From assembly GCA_013239625.1 (NCBI GenBank), contig MU054032.1:248001-312000 (forward strand): a stretch of DNA of 64,000 bases, in the 5' to 3' direction. Position numbers and translations under genes: made by a program. The notes under the pieces were generated by a model that was not told the DNA's origin, made no database searches, and was given only the letters and a program-made list of their open reading frames with translations. The stretch is from Lama guanicoe (taxonomy: Eukaryota). This document shows, piece by piece, positions 55,412 to 64,000 of the stretch. Every line of letters starts with the position of its first letter. Position 1 is the stretch's first letter.

Positions 55412-58400
55412 GAACTTCGAGAGCCTGGACCCTGGACTGGCAGAATATGCCCCGGCCATGCATTCTGCCCTGGATCCTGTCCTGGATGCCCACCTGAACC
55501 CAAGTCTGCTACCGAATGTGGAGCTGGACCCGGAGGGAGTGGCCTTAGAGGCTCTTCCTGTCCAGGAGTCAGTGCACATAATGGAAGGTGTCTACTCTGA
55601 GTTGCACAGTGTGGTGGCTGAAGTGGGTGTGCCTGTCTCCGTCTCCCACTTTGACTTGCACGAGGAGATGCTGTGGGTGGGAAGCCATGGGGTAAGAACT
55701 GTACCCCTTTGTAAGGTCTGAAAGGAGATGTTGGAGGTCTGTTCTCTGGTTTTAGCCCAAGGACAGCTGCTTTATAGGAAGCCAGAACTAAGTTGAGGTG
55801 ACAGGAATTACCTGGGTCTCTTAAGTCAAGCCAAGAGGAGGGGAGTGGAGGGAGAAGGAGGGAGTCACAGGATCCAGAGGTGGGTTACATAGGTGTTCTT
55901 ATTCAGAAGGCATCCCACTTCTACCACAATTTGCCCATTCCATGCTTTGATTTATCTTGATAACCGTACCCATCAGTTAGCCTATAGCCATACAAATCCG
56001 GTCTCTAATGCTCCTCCTGTATTCCATTTTTATAATTATATAACATTTAACACATATTTCTGCAACATGGAATCATTTTGTCTTCTCTGGCTGATTTTAA
56101 TGTCTCTGAGAGCAGTTATCATTGTTAATTTTTTAAAATGTGTATCTGTATTGCCAGTATGCTAGGGAGCCCAAAGATTTTTTAAGAAATAGCATGGTAT
56201 CCTTGGTTTATTAATTTACCTACCATAGGGTGTGAATTGTTTTTCCATTGGAAAGAATGAAGTTTTTTGGTAGTACATTCATTTCAATAGGCAGTGTCTA
56301 CTGCTAGGCTAGGCCCAGGGAATAAAGTGGGAATAAAACATAATCCTTGCCCTCAAGGGATTCACAGGACAGTGGGGGGTGGGAGGAAGAAAAACATGAA
56401 CAGATAATTTTATGGCATTGATAAGAAATTAAAGTGTTTCACTTAATAATTATGAATTTAGGATTTAAACTAGTAAATACCAGTGTGAAAATATGTACTG
56501 GGTGTTGGTGAGCATAGCAGAGGATCAGAGGATCTCCAGAAGGAAGTGACACCTGAGCTGAGTCTTGAGAGATGAGTAGGAGTCAGGTCAAGAAGAGGGG
56601 GAAATGCTCTCTTGGCAAAAACAGTGGGATAAACAATGATTCCCAAGGTATTACACAGCAGGGTGATTGAAGAGTGTGGGAACTACAAGCAAGTAGGGTT
56701 TATTGGATGGTAAGCTGAAGCTAAAGAGTTAGACATGTCTTCATTCAACCAGTGCTTTTTGAGTACCTAATAGGTGCCAGACCTTGCTTTGGGGTCTAAG
56801 TTTGGAGTAAGCATTTAGAAAGGCAACAAAAATACCTTTATGATACATCAGGTGTTGCTTAATATCCTTAAAAAAAATAAAGTGGAGTAAGAGGGTTGAG
56901 ATATTGAAAGGTGGGAGATGTTGCTATTTTAGGTAGTTGGTCAGGGGAGGTCTCTCTGATAAAGTCATATTTGAGTAGAGACCAGAGTGTAGGCCAGGAT
57001 GTCTATTTTAATCCCGTCTAGAAGGGAGAGAGGAACCCATGCTGATTTCTGGGGGAGAACGTTCTGGAAAGCCTCATATGCTGTGTTAAAAGAGCTTGGA
57101 CTTGAGCCTTCAGTCCACTGAAGATTTTTATCCAGAATGGCAAGGTCTGGTTTGCATTTTGGGTGGAGTGCTGAAGTAGCAGTATACAGTTTGACTTAAG
57201 GGGGATGGGTCAGGATTCAAGTCAGTTTGTGGGATATTGTAGGAATTCACATAAAATACGATGGAGGCCTGAATGAAGCACTGTAGAGATTTATTCATGA
57301 GAACTGATTTGGGAAATATTTAGGAAGTAAATAAATAAGACTTAAGTCAGCTACCAGTGACTTACTCCTGGCTAGATCATGGTACCATAGGGAATATAAT
57401 TAGGAAGAATTGAAATGGTGAATTTGATTTAGGATGTGGGGAGTTGGGGTTCTTATGGGATATCCAAGGAGAGATGTTTAGTAGAAATTTGGATGTGTAA
57501 GTCTGAAGCTTGAGGCAATGGTTCGGGCTAGGGAAGGAAATTAGGATTCATCAGCTTTAAGATGAAAGGTTAAAAACTTGAGATGGGGTGAGATTACCTA
57601 AGAAGACCAAGTAGAGTGAGAAGATAGTGGGCTGGGAATAGCCATATTTCAAGAGTGGTCATAAGGGTTGCACATAAGGAGAAGGTATGAGCTAAGAGTC
57701 AGGAGTGAAACCAGGAGTGAATGATGTCATAGGAGCCAAGGGTGGAATGAGTTTCACATTCTCTCTGCTGTAGTCTGACCCACCGTATACATTTGCCACA
57801 TGGATTTAGACTTGACTGTGGAACATAAGAAAGCCAGCTGGCCAATAGAGGATTGGACCTGTGTCCTTGACCTTCTGAACACTGTTTTAACCAACTGAGC
57901 CATTAGCTATTTGGCAGGGTCATTGTGAGGATAAAATGAAGTAGAGTTTACAAAAGTACTCTGTAAAGTATTAAACAAACATAAGATAATATTATCAGTG
58001 TCTTTATCACTAACATTGGTGCCCAGCCTTATACCTTGGTCACTGCCAGCCAGAAAGGCCAGGCAAGAATGGAGAAAAACTGAGCAACGTCCAGTCTCTG
58101 ATTTGTATCTGGGATGGCCCTTCCCCTCCACTCAAGGTGTCTCATCTTTTCATCTGTTACAGGGCCATGCCACTTCATTTTTTGGCCCAGCTTTGGAGCG
58201 CTACTCATCCTTTCAAGTCAATGGCAGTGATGACATTCGGCAGATCCAGAGCCTGGAGAATGGCATCCTTTTTCTCACAAAGAACAACCTCAAGTATATG
58301 ACCCGTGGGGGTCTCATTATATTTGATTACCTGTGAGTGGCTTCTCACTTCTGGACTGGGAAAGAGGGTCCCTCATAGAGTGGGAAGGCTAAACGACTGG

Positions 58401-61400
58401 AAACTTGTGAGACTCTGGCCCGTCAGCTTTTCCTCTCCCACAGGCTGGATGAGAGTGAGGATATGCACAGTCTCCTGCTGACTGACAGCAGCACTCTGCT
58501 TGTTGGTGGGCTGCAGAACCACATATTGGAGATTGACCTTAACACTGTCCAGGAGACTCAGAAGGTACACGCAGGACCCAGGCGGGGCCTGAGGTTGTTA
58601 GTGGGGAGTATACCCGGGCTGGAATCGCCAGTGATGTGTGTGTGACCTTTCTGTTCCTTTGGTCTGTGGGAAGAATCATTCTCACTGGTTCCTTCCGCTT
58701 CCCTCCCCAGTATGCAGTTGAGACGCCTGGAGTCACTATTATGAGGCAGACAAATCGCTTCTTCTTCTGTGGCCATACATCTGGCAAGGTGGCGAAGTTC
58801 CATTTTTCCTCCCACCATAGGACCCTGTTTCACAGATACGTGATTGGGCTCTGTCTTTCCCTCAATTCTGGGGCTTTAGTTGGAGGGGTGGGAGGAATGA
58901 ATTGAGTTCCTTCTCAGTCATGTTACACTATAAGATTATCTTCCAGCCTGATGTTTTCTGTTGTGAATGGGTACCTTGGAGGCAACAGGATAAATGAGAG
59001 TTCTCTTTAGGGTCCCTTCCAGCCCTTGGCTTCTCATTTTGCCTTTTCTGTGCTTTAATTGCCTGTATTCTAGAACCTTAGTTCTTTTAGTAGGAGCCTC
59101 ACAGGGTTAGGTAGATGTCAGTTCCTCTTCCTGATAACAGCGTTGGCAGATAACCAAGTTCTCAACTCTTCAGGTTTCCCTTCGAGACCTCCGTACTTTT
59201 AAGGTGGAGCATGAGTTTGATGCTTTCTCAGGGAGCCTGTCGGATTTTGATGTGCACGGCAACCTGCTGGCTGCCTGTGGCTTCTCCAGCCGCCTCACCG
59301 GCCTGGCCTGTGACCGTTTCCTCAAGGTGTATGACCTGCGCATGATGCGTGCCATCACGCCACTTCAAGTACACGTGGATCCTGCCTTCTTGCGCTTCAT
59401 CCCTACATATACCTCTCGTCTCGCTATTATCTCCCAGTCAGGTATGAAGGGGTTGAAGGAGCGGGTAGAAGGCGCCAGAGTATACTCCCTGGAATTTCTT
59501 TGTTGGAGAGAAAGTAACCTTTCTGAGAGGTCTCAGGGTCTCACTTAGATTTGCTCAGAGATTATAGCTTTTATTTTCTCCCTGGGTGTGAAGAACACAG
59601 AAAAAAAAAAAAGGTGGAGCAGGCAAAACAACTTCAGAACTGCCCTTTGCTGGATAGAAAATCCCCCTGTGGTTTATGGGAAGGCATCAGATAATATGTT
59701 TTCCTATCTCTAAGCATGGATTGGGGGCCTGTCTTTCCTTGATACCAGGAGAAGAGGGTAGGAAGGGCATAAAAGGATGGCTCCTTTTCACTTTCCAGGG
59801 CTCAGTGGGCTTCCTCCTCCCTCCTAGGGCAGTGCCAGTTTTGTGAGCCCACAGGCCTGGCCAACCCAGCGGACATCTTTCATGTGAATCCTGTGGGGCC
59901 TCTGCTGATGACGTTTGATGTGTCAGCCAGCAAGCAGGCCCTGGCCTTTGGGGATTCTGAGGGCTGTGTGCACCTCTGGACTGATTCCCCCGAACCTTCC
60001 TTCAACCCCTACTCCCGTGAGACCGAGTTTGCTTTGCCCTGTCTCGTGGACTCACTGCCTCCTCTGGACTGGAGCCAGGACCTGCTGCCTCTTTCCCTCA
60101 TCCCTGTCCCGCTCACCACTGACACGCTTCTCTCCGATTGGCCTGCTGCCAACTCTGCTCCGGCTCCCAGGTTGTACCTCATCTCTGGGCCCAAAGAAGG
60201 GGGGTGGGGGAAGGGCTGAAACACCAGGGTTCTCTGTGATCTCTGTTACTATCCTACTTCTTTCCTTATTTTTACCTAGCTTTAGTATTTTCTTTTTTTC
60301 TGGCCCCTTGGGGATTGGGGATTGGATGGGCAGACACCACTACCTTCAAGCCCTAGAACTGTACTGCATTACAGGCGAGCACCCCCTGTGGATGCAGAGA
60401 TTCTGCGCACCATGAAGAAGGTGGGCTTCATTGGCTATGCGCCCAACCCCCGCACCAGGCTGCGCAATCAGGTATGTTCAGGGGGGAAGAGGGTCAGCCT
60501 CCACCTCAACTCACTGGCATTTCTGTCTTTTTCCTTTAGTAGTCCTCAGTAGTTTTTTTTAGTCAGTCAAAAAAGATTTTTTTGAAGCCTATTGAATTGA
60601 AGGTACTATATGAGGTGTTAGCAAGGATTCAGAGACTTAGATAGGGTCCTTGCTCTTAAGAAGTTCAGTATTTGGTTGGCGAAGATAAGGCCTATCCATA
60701 ACAGAAATTACTTACTCTTGTTAAATGCTAAAGGAATGTTAGAAGCATTCGGTGCCAGAGCTATTTAGAGGGAAGATACTACTCTGGGCTACAGTGGTCA
60801 GGGAAAGCATACTGAAAGAGGTGGATGTTGAGCTAGCAAGGTGAGAGATGGGTAGGTAGACAGTAACAGGGGAGCCTTTCAAGATGAGAGAATGGTGTTA
60901 GTAAAGGTCTCAGGAGGCTTATCGTCAGGTGCATCTGACGGGGACTATGCTGGAGCAGCTGTTAGTATTGGGAAACAGCAAGAGATGAAGTTTGGGAAGG
61001 GCCTGATTGTGAAGCCTTGAATATGGAAGAAGTGATGCAGCAGAAGGGCCATTCTGGGAGAGTGAGTTTGGTGGTGGTATGCTGGACAGAGTGAATGTGG
61101 AGGCCCAGTGTGGAAGCCATCGCCGTGGTCCAGCTGTGATGAGATAGGGCAATGGCAGCGGGAATGAAAAGGAAGCAGTGGATGCTGAAAACCCGTGAAG
61201 TTAGAAGGTTTAGGACTCGGTGACTCTTTCAATGTTGAGATAAAGGTGGGGGGAAACCAAAGATGATTATACAGCCAATGAGGATACCTCTTTTTAAAAA
61301 CCCTAGATTCCTTACCGACTCAAGGAGTCCGACAGTGAATTTGACAGCTTCAGCCAGGTCACTGAGTCACCCATAGGGCGGGAAGAGGAGCCACATCTCC

Positions 61401-63871
61401 ACATGGTCTCTAAGAAATACCGCAAGGTGCTGGGGGATACCAAGGAAGGAGCCCTGGGATGTGGGGAAAGTTTCCCAGGGAAGGAGAGTCATATGGGGAA
61501 GGATTCAAGGCCTCATTCAAGAAGTCTTCACCTATCACTCAACTCAGGAAGGAGGTTTTGGGGAAGGTTATGGCTACTGCAAAGATTTAAGGGATTCAGA
61601 GGGCATCTTCATCTTGCTCAGACTGTTTCTGCTTCAGGTGACCATCAAATACTCCAAGCTAGGGCTGGAGGACTTTGACTTCAAACACTACAATAAGACA
61701 CTATTTGCTGGATTAGAGCCCCACATCCCCAATGCCTACTGCAACTGCATGATCCAGGTAAGCCTGGGTCTTCCTGCGGCTTGAACACGCCTACTGCTTT
61801 TCTTCTTCCCTGTGGCCCACAACCCTTACTCTTTTTTCAGACCCCCCAACAAGCCCACGTTAGCTTTCTTTACCATTCTTTCTTGCCCCGTGGTCTTCAG
61901 GTCTCCTGTAAACTTTCCTTCTTCAGTGGACTTCTGCTTTGTGTTCTCCACCGGCTTTTCTTTTTAAATTTTTTTTTTTGAGGGAAGTAATGAAGTGTTT
62001 TTATTTATTTACTTGATGGAGGTATGGGGATTGAACCCAGGACCTCAGGCATGCTAAGCATGCCTCTACCAGTTGAGCTATACCCTGTCCCCCCCCCACC
62101 GGCTTTCTTAACCTTCCCATCCCTCTTCCTCTGCACAGTTGCCTGCATCATTTCTCCTGCTCTTCCCTCCAGGTGCTCTATTTCCTGGAGCCTGTTCGCT
62201 GTCTAATCCAGAACCACCTTTGCCAAAAGGAATTCTGCCTGGCATGCGAACTGGGCTTCCTCTTCCACATGTTGGACCTCTCCCGAGGTGACCCTTGTCA
62301 GGTCAGTGCCTGGAGACCTGGGACAATAAAGCAGAAGGGAGGTGGACAGTAGGCAGGGCAGCACTCTATAAATGGCCACAAAAGAGAAAATAACCCTTTT
62401 TCACCAACACACTTCCTGGATTCCAGGGCAGTAACTTTCTTCGGGCGTTCCGCACCATTCCTGAGGCCTCAGCCCTTGGTCTGATTCTGGCTGACTCGGA
62501 TGAGGCTTCAGGCAAGGGCAATCTGGCCAGGCTCATTCAGAGGTGGAATCGCTTCATCCTCACTCAACTGCATCAAGATATGCAGGAGCTGGAAGTACCC
62601 CAGGCTTATCGAGGTGCTGGAGGCAGGTATGGAATTGGGACAGGAATAGTTAAAGCCATTGTGACAGGCCCCTTGGTGACTTTTGGGTCTCCTAAATCCC
62701 TCAGTGTGCATATACTGCCCTCCTCACTCTTAGCAGCTTTTGCTCATCGGGGGACTCTGTCATCGGGCAGCTGTTCAGCTGTGAGATGGAAAACTGCAGC
62801 CTCTGCCGCTGTGGCAGTGAGACCGTGCGAGCCTCATCCACCCTCCTCTTCACACTCTCCTACCCTGAGGGTAGCAACAGTGGTATACCCCGCAGCTGGG
62901 TTGGGGAGGCTCCCCCGAGTGTCCTGTAACATCAGGGAAAGGGTGTTGGGGACCTAATGGTGGGTACAGGGAGGACCTGGAGTGAAGCATTCAGTTTCCC
63001 CTCAGATAAAACCGGGAAGAACTGTGACTTTGCTCAGGTGCTGAAGCGAAGCATCTGCCTGGAGCAGAATACACAGGCCTGGTGTGACAACTGTGAGAAG
63101 TACCAGCCCACGGTGAGTGGGCTGTTGCACTGGACTAGAGTCCTGCCATGTTGGGGACTTGGCCATGGTCTCATCTGGGACTGGCTGGGTCAGCACTGCC
63201 ATCCAGAGATCTGTGGGGAGTGGGAAGAACCCTAGTTTGAGGATACAGATTCAGGCTTACCTGTTCCTGTTGGGGTTTCTTTTCCTATAGGCTCCCTGCC
63301 ATTCCTCGTTTGTTTTATTTTCTCAGATTCAGACCCGCAACATCCGCCATCTGCCAGATATTCTTGTCATCAATTGTGAGGTGAATAGCCTGAAAGAAGC
63401 TGGTTTCTGGAGAATGCAGGCTGAGGTAAGGACTGGGGCTGAAAACGGACCTTTAGGAGTACTTTGTAGTTTTCTTCCTCTTCTGACCTCCATGTATGAT
63501 TGATGCTCCTGAGGAATTGGATATTTTCTCCTTTGTGTTCAGGTTGCCTTCAAGATGGCAATAAAAAAGCATGGTGGGGAGATCTCCAAGAGCAAGGAGT
63601 TTGCTTTGGCTGATTGGTAGGTTACTGTCTGTGGAGCACTCACAGGATTGAGCTACCCAGTGGCTCCTCTTGTCACTGGCTAGATCTCCTCAGGACAAAT
63701 TTCTAATTCTTTCATCCTGATAGGAAGGAACTAGGGAGTCCAGAGGGCATGCTGATGTGTCCCTCCATTGAGGAGTTGAAGAATGTCTGGCTTCCTTTCT
63801 CCCTTCGAATGAAGATGACTAAGAACAAAGGGCTGGATGTTTGCAATTGGACTGATGGGGATGAGATGCAG
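55410..63871 (+). CDS. PAN2: PAN2 poly(A)-specific ribonuclease subunit (USP52): WD40 region and inactive USP-like domain; 3' part lies beyond the window
   Basis: [52 protein letters not shown]. Exons: 55410-55691, 58163-58332, 58444-58564, 58711-58788, 59174-59441, 59828-60170, 60375-60471, 61307-61426, 61638-61757, 62173-62301, 62427-62626, 62734(or 62737)-62870(or 62882), 63006-63112, 63327-63425, 63543-63616, 63724-63871. Confidence 0.95.
56280..57740. mobile_element. Degenerate L2 LINE fragments in PAN2 intron 2
   Basis: L2-typical motifs CCTTGCCCTCAAGGG.TTCACAG, GGAAGTGACA.CTGAGCTGAGTCTTGA, GGATATCCAAG..GAGATGT..AGTAG. Confidence 0.6.
61960..62096 (-). mobile_element. tRNA-derived SINE (Vic-1-like)
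   Basis: GGGATTGAACCCAGGACCTC..GCATGCTAAGC...CTCTACCA.TTGAGCTATACCC; TSD CACCGGCTTT near 61949 and 62097. Confidence 0.85.
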
Positions 63872-64000
63872 GTTGTTGAAAAACTGGGAAGAGGAGGGGG
63901 AATGAGGGAGAAAAGTTCGGGGCAGAAGCAGGGCAAGGGGAAGGTGGAACTTAGGATAGGAAAAAAGAGGAATAAGGCCTAGTAATTCACCAGTTGTGGG

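Noticed and set aside
55373..55579. Minus-strand ORFs with poly-Met or poly-Asp
   Set aside because: By-products of the (CAT)9 repeat read antisense.
61725..61757. PAN2 USP-like Cys box lacks the catalytic Cys (NAYCN)
   Set aside because: A known property of PAN2, which is a pseudo-deubiquitinase.

Overview
Mammalian genomic DNA, not prokaryotic. It is most likely camelid (camel, alpaca or llama), inferred from about 10 copies of a short tRNA-derived SINE resembling Vic-1. The window is the conserved TIMELESS-APON-APOF-STAT2-IL23A-PAN2 block. TIMELESS (+, 28 coding exons, about 1206 aa) is followed by an apolipoprotein N/F cluster, STAT2 (+, 23 coding exons, 862 aa), IL23A (-, 4 exons, 191 aa) and the 5' part of PAN2 (+, runs off the window). 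Exon boundaries were read by hand from GT/AG sites and frame continuity. The most unusual structure is at 16-36 kb: an old triplicated cassette of TIMELESS 3' end + APON + APOF. Relic 0 keeps only the APON promoter region, unit 1 has intact APON and dead APOF, and unit 2 has truncated APON and intact APOF. The two APON copies are otherwise diverged but share a 473-bp tract that looks identical by eye and covers the signal peptide and most of the propeptide. Other oddities: frameshifted ancestral start codons in TIMELESS and APOF, loss of a conserved Cys in mature APOF, a SINE that duplicated a STAT2 splice donor, a probable STAT2/IL23A 3'-UTR overlap, and a strong-Kozak uORF plus a (CAT)9 tract before the PAN2 start. 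I found no wholly new gene system. Comparisons to human or mouse proteins are from memory, and repeat family names are by eye.
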